From: Nitrosopumilus sp.
GTDB taxonomy: Archaea; Thermoproteota; Nitrososphaeria; Nitrososphaerales; Nitrosopumilaceae
DNA length: 64,000 bases
Direction of reading: 5' to 3'
NCBI GenBank assembly: GCA_965207075.1
Contig: CBDBLO010000002.1
Span: 1,600,001-1,664,000, forward strand
Part shown: positions 47,280 through 56,674 of the stretch, piece by piece
Position numbering within the stretch: position 1 is the stretch's first letter
How the letters are laid out: each line of letters opens with the position of its first letter
The notes under the pieces: generated by a model
Seen by the model: the letters and a program-made list of their open reading frames with translations, nothing else
Told to the model about the DNA's origin: nothing
Database searches by the model: none
Position numbers and translations under genes: made by a program

Positions 47280-48817
47280 TACCGGTCACCGGCCCCCCCC
47301 CCGCGGCGCCGCCCCTGTCCCGTGGCGCGGCTCCCCGCGGCGCGCCCCGCCGCGTTGCGGCGCAGCGCCGCGGTGCGCCTTGCGCTGCTGCCCACCTCCC
47401 GGGTCTCCTCGGATACGATCTCGATCAGTCTGGCCCTGGCGTCGTCCCTCTTTGGGCGCAGCAGCCTTCCAAGCCTCTGCACCATCTCCCTGCCGCTCCC
47501 CGTGCCGCTCACGATGACGCCGAGCTCCGCGTCGGGCACGTCGACCCCCTCGTCAAGCACGCGGGACGTGACGACGGCCACGTATCTTCCGTCCCTGAAT
47601 CCGTCAAGTACGTCCCTGCGCTCGGCCTTTGCGGTCTTGTGGGTTATTATCGGTATGAGGAACCTGTCGGATATGGAGTGCGCCATCTTGTTGTTCTGCG
47701 TGAATATTATGGTCTTCCTCCTCGCCCCCGGGGCATCCGCGGAGGCGTCACGGCCGCGCGCGGTGGCGCGCCCGCAGTTCTCGGACAGTATCCGCCCAAG
47801 CTCGGCCGTCTTCGCGGCGGCGTTGAATGCAATCTCGTTTGCCCTGTTCCTTGCAAGCAGCGCGCTGCGGGCCCCCTTGCTGCGGTTTGATATGAGGATG
47901 AGCCGCTTTAGGTTGTACATGGACTCGGTCCTCATGCCGAGCCCCCGCAGCCCCGCGAGGAACTTGGACCTGCACCTTGCATACTCGGCCTGCTCGGCGT
48001 CCGTCAGGCGCACGCGTATCCTCTGCACGTCATACTTGGCAAGGTGCCTCTTGGCGGCAAGCTCCCCCGAGCCCCTCGTGTACACGACGCCGCCGGCCAG
48101 CCTCGGAATCTCGGAGTGCAGCCCGTCCTCGCGCTCAAGCGTGGCAGTCAGCCCCAGCCGGAACGGCGCGATGCACTGCTCTGCGACCAGCCTGTAGCCC
48201 GGGGCGGGCAGGTGGTGCACCTCGTCGAACACCAGGAGCCCGAACCTGTTCCCAAGCTCCGCGGCCCTGGCGTACGCGGAGTCGTACGTGGACACTGTCA
48301 CCGCCCGGATGTCGTCGTACCCGCCGCCGAGCCGCCCGACTGCAACCGTTCCGCCGCTGCCGCTGCCGCCATCCGCACGATCGCGCTCATATCCCATTAC
48401 GCGCAGGTTGCCGCGGAGGAACTCCGTCCACTGGTGCAGCAGGTCAATGGTGGGGACCAGCACGAGGGCGGGCACGGCGGCCCTGCAGATGGCGTGCATG
48501 CCGACGGCCGTCTTGCCGGAGCCCGTCGGAAGCACCACGCACCCCCTCATCCCCGCCCTCTGCCAGCTGTCGACCGCGTCCTGCTGGTAGTCCCTCAGCT
48601 GCATCTCCGCGTGCAGCGCGGGCATGGCCTCGTACTGCCTCACCTCGTCGTCGTGCGCAATCTCGCTCTCCTCCAGATACCTGAGGACGCCGGGGTAGCT
48701 CATCCCGTACGCCCGCAGGGTCCCGCTGCGCTCGTCGTACCTGGCATCCGGGATCTCCAGCATCCGGGCGTTCTCGATGCGTATCGTCCCGTGGTCAAAG
48801 ACGAGGCGCGGGTGCAT
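47279..48817 (-). CDS. xpb: XPB-like SF2 DNA helicase
   Basis: LRDYQ, LPTGSGKT, DEVHH, LTATLEREDG (RED motif), LDEGVDVP, QRLGR; translationally coupled to bax1. Confidence 0.9.
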   Translation of the reverse strand: MHPRLVFDHGTIRIENARMLEIPDARYDERSGTLRAYGMSYPGVLRYLEESEIAHDDEVRQYEAMPALHAEMQLRDYQQDAVDSWQRAGMRGCVVLPTGSGKTAVGMHAICRAAVPALVLVPTIDLLHQWTEFLRGNLRVMGYERDRADGGSGSGGTVAVGRLGGGYDDIRAVTVSTYDSAYARAAELGNRFGLLVFDEVHHLPAPGYRLVAEQCIAPFRLGLTATLEREDGLHSEIPRLAGGVVYTRGSGELAAKRHLAKYDVQRIRVRLTDAEQAEYARCRSKFLAGLRGLGMRTESMYNLKRLILISNRSKGARSALLARNRANEIAFNAAAKTAELGRILSENCGRATARGRDASADAPGARRKTIIFTQNNKMAHSISDRFLIPIITHKTAKAERRDVLDGFRDGRYVAVVTSRVLDEGVDVPDAELGVIVSGTGSGREMVQRLGRLLRPKRDDARARLIEIVSEETREVGSSARRTAALRRNAAGRAAGSRATGQGRRRGGGAGDR

Positions 48818-48904
48818 ACACCGTACATGGCGGGGCGGCAGTTATAGGTATGCGGGCCCACGCCGGCTAGGCCGGGGCGGCGCAGGCCTCGCCCATGACT
48901 CCAC

Positions 48905-48970
48905 ACTTAAAAAGTCTACAAAATACTTATATAGTTGTTAAATCAACATTACAGAGTAGAATAAAAAGCT
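48905..48970 (+). promoter_or_regulatory. AT-rich promoter region upstream of tfb
   Basis: CTTATATA with upstream purine-rich BRE-like bases and a short inverted repeat GTTG-TTAAAT-CAAC. Confidence 0.5.
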
Positions 48971-48986
48971 TTGGAGGCGTTTGGTA

Positions 48987-49913
48987 ATGGAGATAGCAGG
49001 CTCGATCAATGCAAAGGAGAGGTGCCCGAGGTGCGCCCGCGACACCATGATCACGGACGGAAGCACGGGCGAGAACTTTTGCGGCAGCTGCGGCTACGTG
49101 GTGTCCGAGAAGGCAGAGGAGTCGGGCCCCGAGTGGCGCTCGTTCTCAAACGAGGGGGAGAACAAGAGCAGGGCCGGCGTGCCCACGTCCCTTGCCATGC
49201 ACGACATGGGGCTTGCAACCATCATCAACCCCCAGAACAGGGACGCCACAGGCAAGCCGCTGGCCGCGTCCATGAAGAGCACCATCGAGAGGCTGCGCAC
49301 GTGGGACAACAGGAGCCAGGTGCACGAGCCGGTCGACCGCAACTTCAGGCAGGCGTTCAGCGAGCTTGACAGGCTAAAGGACAAGCTCGGGGTCGGGGAG
49401 GCCGTCATCGAGAAGGCGGCCCACATATACAGAAAGGCCCTCGAGAAGGGGCTCGTCAGGGGGAGGTCTATATCGGCCCTCATAGCGTCCGCGCTGTACG
49501 CGGCGTGCCGCGTCACGGAGACGCCCCGCACGCTCAAGGACATAGGCCAGGCAAGCAACATAAAGCGCAAGGACATCGCAAGGTGCTACAGGCTGCTCCT
49601 CAGGGAGCTTGACATTACGATGCCCGTAGTCGATCCCATAAAGTGCATCTCAAGGATCGCAAGCAAGGCGGAGCTCTCCGAGCGCACAAAGCGCCACGCA
49701 ACGAAGATACTAAAGCTCGCCGAGCAGCACAAGATATCGGCCGGAAAGGACCCGATGGGGCTGGCTGCCGCCGCGCTGTACGTGGCGTGCACCGAGTGCG
49801 GCGAGAACAAGACCCAGAGGGACGTGGCCGAGGCCGCCGGCGTGACGGAGGTTACCATACGCAACAGGTACAAGGGGCTCAAGACGGCGCTAGACGGGAT
49901 GGTCTCGGCGTAG
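48987..49913 (+). CDS. tfb: Transcription initiation factor IIB
   Basis: Zn ribbon CPRC..CGSC, GPEWRSF, HDMGL, two cyclin repeats, VTEVTIRNR. Confidence 0.96.
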   Translation: MEIAGSINAKERCPRCARDTMITDGSTGENFCGSCGYVVSEKAEESGPEWRSFSNEGENKSRAGVPTSLAMHDMGLATIINPQNRDATGKPLAASMKSTIERLRTWDNRSQVHEPVDRNFRQAFSELDRLKDKLGVGEAVIEKAAHIYRKALEKGLVRGRSISALIASALYAACRVTETPRTLKDIGQASNIKRKDIARCYRLLLRELDITMPVVDPIKCISRIASKAELSERTKRHATKILKLAEQHKISAGKDPMGLAAAALYVACTECGENKTQRDVAEAAGVTEVTIRNRYKGLKTALDGMVSA

Positions 49914-51044
49914 GGAACCGGCAGTTCTTGACGAAATTATTATCGCGATTACCGACAGGATCCCGCATACGGCCAGTATCACCTCCACTGAGAGCATCAT
50001 GGTGTGGGAGAACGCCTCCTCCAGCGGGACGAGGTGCGTCTGCGATATGAAGTGGGCGTGCGAGAATATGAAGTAGTTGGTGGCCCAGTGGACCAGGACC
50101 GACGCGACAAACCCGTACCTGACGTACACCCACCCCAGGATGATTCCGCCGGCGGCCGCCTGCGCAAACTTGCCCTCGCTCCACGGCTCGCCCAGCGCTA
50201 TGTGCGCAAAGCCGAACAGGAGCCCTACTGCCACGATCACCGCGAGCGCCCTCCTGTGATCGTCGATGCCGACCGCGTCGGGGCGCCACAGGCAGCGCGC
50301 CACGTACCGGAACGAGAAGCGCCCAGAATACATCAGGAAGACGGGTATCCCGACAAGCACGAGCCTAAAGCCGGTCTCCTCCACGATTGGCGCAAGCGAC
50401 ACGTAAAAGAACTCCACAAGGTCGTTTTCGGACTCGGGCGGGGCGGTCTCTATGCCTACATATCCCTGCGCGGCCGTTATTACGATTGACGCAAGCACCA
50501 GTATGGAGAACCACGTTATGACACCCAGCATGGAGTTGTCAAACCGGTGCGCCGTGCGCCGGCCCGCTATGACGTCAGATATGGCGCCCATAAACCCGCG
50601 GGCGGGGCCCATGCATGCGGTTGCAAACGCAACCAGGTACCCAAGCCACAGTATCACGAACGCGTCGCCGACTGACACCGGCGTGGGGGCAAGGTGCAGC
50701 CCCGTGCCCTCAAACAGGCTCAGGTGCGTCAGCGGCAGGTCGTAGTTGATGTCCCCCCCTATGCCGCTTGCAAAGACCACGAACGCCCCCATCGGGAAGG
50801 ATGCCAGAAACAGTCCGAACGTCACCGATATGAGGGCGGCGTGGGGGACTCCGAGCAGCTGCCGCGCAAGGGACTGCCTTGCCAGGGCGGCAGGCGCGGG
50901 GCTGCTGCCGCTGCTGCTGCCGGCAGCAGCGCCACTGTCGTCATCGGCGCGGCGGCCCGCGTCGTTGCAGTCGCCCCGGTCCTGTCCGCCCCGCGCGCCG
51001 CCGACGTCATCATCGTCAATGCTGCCGCTGCTGTCCGGGGGCAT
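49890..51044 (-). CDS. CPBP (CAAX/Abi) intramembrane metalloprotease
   Basis: PIVEETGFR, FGFAH, VHWATN motifs; multiple TM segments. Confidence 0.87.
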   Translation of the reverse strand: MPPDSSGSIDDDDVGGARGGQDRGDCNDAGRRADDDSGAAAGSSSGSSPAPAALARQSLARQLLGVPHAALISVTFGLFLASFPMGAFVVFASGIGGDINYDLPLTHLSLFEGTGLHLAPTPVSVGDAFVILWLGYLVAFATACMGPARGFMGAISDVIAGRRTAHRFDNSMLGVITWFSILVLASIVITAAQGYVGIETAPPESENDLVEFFYVSLAPIVEETGFRLVLVGIPVFLMYSGRFSFRYVARCLWRPDAVGIDDHRRALAVIVAVGLLFGFAHIALGEPWSEGKFAQAAAGGIILGWVYVRYGFVASVLVHWATNYFIFSHAHFISQTHLVPLEEAFSHTMMLSVEVILAVCGILSVIAIIISSRTAGSLRRDHPV

Positions 51045-51045
51045 C

Positions 51046-51354
51046 TCAATGCAGCTCTATGCTCTCCTCGGCAAAGCCGAGCGAGACCAGCGTGTCCTTT
51101 ATCGTGTCGCGGTGGTCGCCCTGCAGAAAGATGTATCCCTCCTTTGCCGTTCCGCCGCAGGCGTACTTGTTTTTGAGATCCTTCGCGACCGTCTCAAGGC
51201 TGTTGATCTTGGGATCGAGCCCCTCGATCATCGTCCCCTTCTTCTTAAAGCGCCGCGTCTCCAGCCTGATTATAATCTTGGTGCTGTCCTTGGCAAGCTC
51301 CCCACATGCGCATAAGTCATCGGGTAGGCCACACGTATTACAGATTACCGCCAC
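51046..51354 (-). CDS. sui1: Translation initiation factor aIF1 (SUI1)
   Basis: CNTCGLP.DLC.C, LKNKYACGGT, LQGDHR. Confidence 0.94.
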   Translation of the reverse strand: MAVICNTCGLPDDLCACGELAKDSTKIIIRLETRRFKKKGTMIEGLDPKINSLETVAKDLKNKYACGGTAKEGYIFLQGDHRDTIKDTLVSLGFAEESIELH

Positions 51355-51409
51355 GTTCGTTACCGATTGGCATCACATGCTATTAAGGTTTGAGGAGATC
51401 TTGACTCGT

Positions 51410-52746
51410 TGAAGAGTCGGGGAATCATGTCACCCCGACGCATAAGAGAGCCGACATGGAGGGAGGCGTAATGACACCTCAAACCAAGTATGACGAACAT
51501 GTCCTCATACAGGAACAAAGGGAGGAGACCGAGCGCATACTCAAGACCGCCAGCGAGAAGGGCAGGAAGCCCATACGCAAGCTGGACACGCTTGACGCAA
51601 GGTTCATCGTCCGCGAAAAGAGGAGGGGGACAAGCAACAAGACGATTGCAGGCATCCTGAAGGTCTGCATAAGGCAGGTGCAGCGCATCTGGAGCCGGTT
51701 CAGGCGCCTCGACACGGGGCGGATACTGTACCTTCCAAGGCGCCCCGGCAGGCACCGGAAGGGCGAGCCGGGGCGCAGGGAGCACTCCGCGGTTTTGGCC
51801 GCGTTCGGCCGGGTCGTAAACGGCGCGTCTGCCACATACTGGCACATCAGGAACGCGGGGGACCACGTCCCAAAGGACGCCGTGCACCGGGTGCTGCTTG
51901 AGAACGGGCTGGCGCGCGAGGAGCACGCCAAGAAGAGGCAGCGCAGGTACGTGAGGTACGAGCGGAGGCACAGCAACACGCTCTGGCACACGGACTATAC
52001 GCAGCTGGAGGACGGGAGGTGGCTGATCGTATACGTGGACGACTCGTCCCGGTACATCGTCGGACACGGCGTGTTTGACCGCGCCACGTCCGAGAACGCC
52101 ACCGCGGTCTTCAAGCAGGCCTGCCTGGCGCACGGGACGCCGTACTCGGTCCTGACCGACCACGGATCCCAGTTCTACGCCATGGAGTCCGAGGCAAAGC
52201 GCGAAAGGGGGCGCACGCACTTTGAGGAGCACCTCGGGGACGCCGGCGTAAAGCAGATCCTGGCGCGCGTGGGGCATCCCCAGACCAATGGCAAGGCGGA
52301 GCGCGTGTTCAAGGAGTACAAGTACAAGGTGGGGCACTTTGCCGACGTTGCGGGACCGCCGGGCACGGCGGCCCCGTTTGGCGCCCCCGCCGCAATGGAG
52401 AGCGACCCGACTGCCAGGTTCGTCAGGAACCACAACAACAAGCCGCACGGCAGCCTGTACGGGCAGACGCCCGCGGACGCATACCGCGAGCGGAGGCTCC
52501 CAGAGGGCCGGTCATACAAGGATGACGACGGGTAAGACACCTCAGTCAACCCCGCCGTAGGACCCTCCAGCGTATGCTGCGCACGATCATGTAAAAGCGT
52601 ACCTTTCGCGGCAGTTCGCGCACGTCGGGCACGCTGCCGGCCGCTTGGGCTGGCCCAGCGGAACCGGGAATTCAAAATTCATATGGAGTCCAGGCATGCG
52701 TGGAGCAATGTCACGACACACCGTGACATCATTTTCCGACTCTACA
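51410..52746 (+). mobile_element. IS481-family element A, 1337 bp
   Basis: TIRs TGAAGAGTCGGGGAATCATGTCAC and (reverse complement) TGTAGAGTCGGAAAATGATGTCAC, 20/24 match; 15-bp flanking repeats. Confidence 0.9.
51471..52535 (+). CDS. IS481-family DDE transposase A
   Basis: HTH, RYER..LWHTD, YVDDSSR, LTDHGSQF, HPQTNGKAER. Confidence 0.9.
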   Translation: MTPQTKYDEHVLIQEQREETERILKTASEKGRKPIRKLDTLDARFIVREKRRGTSNKTIAGILKVCIRQVQRIWSRFRRLDTGRILYLPRRPGRHRKGEPGRREHSAVLAAFGRVVNGASATYWHIRNAGDHVPKDAVHRVLLENGLAREEHAKKRQRRYVRYERRHSNTLWHTDYTQLEDGRWLIVYVDDSSRYIVGHGVFDRATSENATAVFKQACLAHGTPYSVLTDHGSQFYAMESEAKRERGRTHFEEHLGDAGVKQILARVGHPQTNGKAERVFKEYKYKVGHFADVAGPPGTAAPFGAPAAMESDPTARFVRNHNNKPHGSLYGQTPADAYRERRLPEGRSYKDDDG

Positions 52747-52761
52747 GAGATCTTGACTCGT

Positions 52762-53799
52762 TCTATTATACGGAAAGTAGGTCACCGCAGGATCAGGCGG
52801 ACTGTAGCCGATTATTTTAGGCTGTACCGATCACGAAAGCCAGTGTCAAAGGGACTGACAGAAAAGGCCGGGAAGCACCTGGTCAGGAGGCTCGGGAAGG
52901 GGGTGCCGGCTCCCGAAGTGGCAAGGGACCTTGGAATCTCCATCCGGCATGTACGAAGGCTGTGGGCAAGGTTCCAGAAGACCGGGACCATACGCGTGCA
53001 GATGGGCAGGCCGCGCTCCTGCATCACGGGGGCCCAGATACGGCTGATAACCGACGCCCACCAAAGGCGGCCGGTCGGAGTCGTACGCACCGCAAGGGAG
53101 CTGAGAAGGAATCACGATATTAGTTACGCCGCCGTGTACCGCGTGTTGAAGAAGAGCGGCGCCGTGGAGGCCTCGGCGGCAAGATCAAAGAGGCGCAAGT
53201 GGGTGCGGTACGAACGCACGTACTCCAACGCCATGTGGCATACGGACTGGCATGTCATGAAGGATCCCCGCTTTTCAGGCATGAATCTCATCACATATTT
53301 GGACGATGCGTCCCGGTGCGTTACGGGCGCGGCGCTCTTCGAGCACGCCACGTCCGAGAACGCGGTAATGCTCCTCAGGCTCGCAATCAAGAGGTTCGGC
53401 TCCCCCGCGTCCATACTGTCCGACAACGGATCGTGCTTTGTGGGGCAGAACGGCCGCAAGAAGGGAAAGGGGAAGTGGCAGCCCACCGTCTTTGAGGAGG
53501 AGCTGCTTGAGAGGGACATTGCCCTGATAAACGCCCGTCCCTACCACCCCCAGACTAACGGCAAGTTGGAGAGATTCCACCGCAGCCTGGAGGAGGAGAT
53601 ATACCACTATGGCAGCCTCAGGGAGTACGTAGACTATTACAACGAGTCAAGGCTGCACTTCTCGTTGGACATCGACAACTACGAGACGCCGCAGATGGCC
53701 TTCAGGAACAAGAGGGCGACCGAGGCGATCAGGAAGAACGACCCGAAATGGATGGAGAAGGATGCACATGAGTAGCGGACCGACTTTTCATATAATACA
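52762..53799 (+). mobile_element. IS481-family element B, 1038 bp
   Basis: TIRs TCTATTATACGGAAAGTAGGTC and (reverse complement) TGTATTATATGAAAAGTCGGTC, 18/22 match; same 15-bp flanking repeats. Confidence 0.9.
52843..53775 (+). CDS. IS481-family DDE transposase B
   Basis: HTH, RYER..MWHTD, YLDDASR, LSDNGSCF, HPQTNGKLERF, YN..R.H.SL; start moved to the GTG inside the element. Confidence 0.9.
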   Translation: MSKGLTEKAGKHLVRRLGKGVPAPEVARDLGISIRHVRRLWARFQKTGTIRVQMGRPRSCITGAQIRLITDAHQRRPVGVVRTARELRRNHDISYAAVYRVLKKSGAVEASAARSKRRKWVRYERTYSNAMWHTDWHVMKDPRFSGMNLITYLDDASRCVTGAALFEHATSENAVMLLRLAIKRFGSPASILSDNGSCFVGQNGRKKGKGKWQPTVFEEELLERDIALINARPYHPQTNGKLERFHRSLEEEIYHYGSLREYVDYYNESRLHFSLDIDNYETPQMAFRNKRATEAIRKNDPKWMEKDAHE

Positions 53800-54077
53800 G
53801 AGATCTTGACTCGTGCGGGTTTGCCTGTCCATAAAAATATCAGAAATTACGCACAAATTTTGACGCCTCGATCAGGTTCAGGCAGGGGTGCCGAATCCAC
53901 ACCGCGATTCTCTGAAAACTGTTTGTAGCCGGCCGCATGCGCGGATTAGTGAAACCCGGTGCGGCCATCGGCAAGAGGCGGCGCAGAGAGGACGGGCGCA
54001 CGGGTCCCGCGGCGAGCGGCATCGGCTCGGAAGGGTGGACGGCGCAGTTTTTTAGCGCCCGTGTCATACGGGGCGCG

Positions 54078-54554
54078 TTGGCGCACAAGGACGGCGGCGG
54101 AGAGAAAGAGAGGGAGCGCGTCAGGCGCGCCGCGGAGATGCTGCTTGCCGGGGCCACCCTGCTGGGGCACCCATGCCCCTACTGCGGGGGCGTCAGGGTG
54201 ATCAAGGATGGCGACGCGCTGTGCGTCAGCTGCGGACAAGAACCGGAGAGACGGGACGTGCCGATAACGGCCCCCCAGGACGGCGGCAGCGACGCAGAAG
54301 ATCATGCGGGCGCAGAGAGGACGGGCGCACGCGCGCAACTGCGGGGGCGGCGGCGGCAGCAGCAGCAACGGCGCAACCTGATCGACGTTCTGGAGAAAAA
54401 GCTCGAGTCGCTTGCCGGCGAGCTTGAGTCGGAGACGGACAGGAAAAGGGAGATTGCCATACTGGATTCAATCGAGGGCGTACTCTCAGCCCTAGAAAAG
54501 GCCAGGGGCGTCACAGACGGCGGCAGTGGCGGCAACGGTGCGGGAACCGCATGA
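54078..54554 (+). CDS. Zinc-ribbon protein (Sjogren autoantigen p27/UPF0148-like)
   Basis: AAEMLLAGATLL..CPYC..CVSC and C-terminal coiled coil; start uncertain. Confidence 0.8.
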   Translation: MAHKDGGGEKERERVRRAAEMLLAGATLLGHPCPYCGGVRVIKDGDALCVSCGQEPERRDVPITAPQDGGSDAEDHAGAERTGARAQLRGRRRQQQQRRNLIDVLEKKLESLAGELESETDRKREIAILDSIEGVLSALEKARGVTDGGSGGNGAGTA

Positions 54555-54821
54555 CGGCCGCATGCTGCGCGCGGCAGCGCGGCCCGAGTCGCGGTCGTCG
54601 CCTTGCGCCGTCGGGCATATCGGCGCAACGTGGATGAGAAAACCCGCAACCGCAGGCCGCAGGACCTCAGCGCGCCGCGTATGCGCCGCCGACACAAAGG
54701 GCCCGGCGCATGCCAGCGGATCGCGCGGCGGCCAGCCAGGGCCGCCCGCGGCAGCACGCAGCAGGTGGAAGCTGGCCAGATTCTGACAGCAACCCGCGGC
54801 AGAACCGCGGCCGTCTAAAAG

Positions 54822-55709
54822 ATGACCCCTGAGTTTAAATCAAGAGTCGTGTCCGCACATACAGTGCCACGAACATTTGCCGTGATTGGGGATCCAATCG
54901 ATCACTCGCTCTCGCCGCACATGCACAGCGCCGCGTTCAGGCAACTGGGAATGAGCGACTGCTCGTACATAGCATACCGCATACCAAGGGGCGAGCTTGC
55001 GCACGGAATCGAGTCACTCCTAAAGATAGGGACTGCCGGATTCAACGTCACCATACCCCACAAGGTGGAGATTATGCGCCACCTGTCAAAGACGGACGAG
55101 ACGTGCAGCATGGTGGGCGCCGCAAACACGGTGGAGGTTGCCGGCGACGGGTCGCTCAAGGGGTACAACACAGACGTCGAGGGGTTTGCAGATCCGCTCC
55201 GCAGGAGGTCGATCAGCCTCAGGGGGGCCTCGGTGCTGCTGCTGGGCGCGGGGGGCGCCGCGAGGGCCGTCATCGCGGCCCTGGCAAGACTCGGGGGCGC
55301 ATCGGAGATTACCATTGCAAACCGCACCCCAGAGGCCGCCTCGGAGATGGCCAGACTTGCAGGACTCGCGGGCCTGCCCAACGCCAGGGCCGTCCCGCTG
55401 TCAGAGGCCGACCAGGCCGCGAAGGGGTGCAACGTGATAATCAACACCACCTCGATAGGGCTGCCGGCATCGGCCGAGAAGATCATCCCGGTATCCCCAG
55501 AGTCCATTAATAGGGACGACATCGTATACGACACGGTATACATGCCCATGAAGACCGACCTCATACAGAAGGGCAAGGAGAGGGGCGCCACGTGCATAAT
55601 GGGGTACGAGATGCTGCTGGGGCAGGCCGCCAGGGCCTTTGAGATATGGCACGGGGTCGAGGCCCCCAGGGACGCGATGAAGAGGGCCCTTCTGGGAGTA
55701 GGGGTATGA
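54822..55709 (+). CDS. aroE: Shikimate dehydrogenase
   Basis: HSLSP, NVTIPHK, GAANT, NTD, GAGGAA, NRT. Confidence 0.95.
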   Translation: MTPEFKSRVVSAHTVPRTFAVIGDPIDHSLSPHMHSAAFRQLGMSDCSYIAYRIPRGELAHGIESLLKIGTAGFNVTIPHKVEIMRHLSKTDETCSMVGAANTVEVAGDGSLKGYNTDVEGFADPLRRRSISLRGASVLLLGAGGAARAVIAALARLGGASEITIANRTPEAASEMARLAGLAGLPNARAVPLSEADQAAKGCNVIINTTSIGLPASAEKIIPVSPESINRDDIVYDTVYMPMKTDLIQKGKERGATCIMGYEMLLGQAARAFEIWHGVEAPRDAMKRALLGVGV

Positions 55710-56674
55710 CGGCTGGAGGAGGGAGGGGAACGGAGAGAGCAGCAGGGGCGGCGCGGGGGCAGAAGGGCGCAAGCGCCACCGTGCACGGCGCCATATCAAT
55801 AGTAAACGCACTGGCCACCAGAAAGGGGGCCACCCTCGGCGTGGCGCTCAGGGTGGAGGCCGACGTGCTCGCGGTGCCAGGCAGGAGCGGGATCACGGTG
55901 ACAAGAAAGGACGGGCGGAAGGAGGGTGAGAGGCGCCCCGGTGGGGGTAGGCGGCGGCCAAACCACCCGTTCAGCTCGAGGCTGATACAGAAGACCGTGC
56001 AGCGCGTCGTCCCAAAGTCCGAGCTCGAGTCAAACAGGATAGAGATAGCAATATCCTCTGAGATGCCCGCCGGCTTTGGACTGAAGAGCTCGAGCGCCAT
56101 ATCGTCTGCCGTGGCCCTTGCATGCGACAGGGCATTCGGGCTCCGCATGTCGGATCACCAGATACTCCTAGCAGGCGTGGAGGCGTCCATCGCGTCAAAG
56201 GTAAGCATCACGGGTGCATACGACGACGCCTGCTCATGCTACTACGGGGGGTTCAACGTAACCGACAACGCGAGACGGCGCCTCGTGCGGCACCAGCGCG
56301 CGCCCCGCGGCATGTCGGCGGTGATATTCATACCAAAGAGCAGGAGGCGCGGAAACCTCAAGAGGCTCAGGCTGCTCAGGGAGGCCTTTGACGGCGCATG
56401 GGGACTGGCAAAGCGGGCGGAGTACTGGAAGGCCATGACCATAAACGGGCTGGCGACCGCGTCCGTACTCGGCTCCGACCCCGAGCTCGTGGCCAGGCTG
56501 GCCGAGAAGGGGGCCTTGGCCGCGTCCGTATCCGGAAACGGCCCCGCCATTGCCGCCGTCGCCAAGGACGCCGACGTGCAGGGGGTCAGCAAGGTGTTTG
56601 CCGCCTCGATGGAAGGCAGGACTATAGTGTCCGGACTGAGCAACAAGAAGGCAGAGGCCCATGACACACTGTAG
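55706..56674 (+). CDS. aroK: Archaeal (GHMP-family) shikimate kinase
   Basis: GAISIVNA, P.GFGLKSSSA, SITGAYDD, SGNGP. Confidence 0.92.
   Translation: MTAGGGRGTERAAGAARGQKGASATVHGAISIVNALATRKGATLGVALRVEADVLAVPGRSGITVTRKDGRKEGERRPGGGRRRPNHPFSSRLIQKTVQRVVPKSELESNRIEIAISSEMPAGFGLKSSSAISSAVALACDRAFGLRMSDHQILLAGVEASIASKVSITGAYDDACSCYYGGFNVTDNARRRLVRHQRAPRGMSAVIFIPKSRRRGNLKRLRLLREAFDGAWGLAKRAEYWKAMTINGLATASVLGSDPELVARLAEKGALAASVSGNGPAIAAVAKDADVQGVSKVFAASMEGRTIVSGLSNKKAEAHDTL

Larger units (their letters stand above)
51395..53814 (+). repeat. Three identical 15-bp direct repeats GAGATCTTGACTCGT
   Basis: At 51395-51409, 52747-52761 and 53800-53814, exactly bounding two IS elements. Confidence 0.95.

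Noticed and set aside
52645-52842. N-terminal 66 aa of the ORF-track transposase B
   Set aside because: It crosses the IS-A end, the repeat and the IS-B TIR, so it cannot belong to the element's gene.
53642-53651. ACGAGTCAAG inside transposase B, complementary to 10 nt of the target repeat (possible guide)
   Set aside because: It lies in the conserved YN..R.H coding motif, and an equal 10-nt match (CTTGACTCGT) occurs in the unrelated IS66 near 9800, so chance is sufficient.
51395-53814. The 15-bp repeats as a true CRISPR array
   Set aside because: The repeats are too short, the 'spacers' are 1.0-1.3-kb ISs with TIRs, and no cas genes are present.
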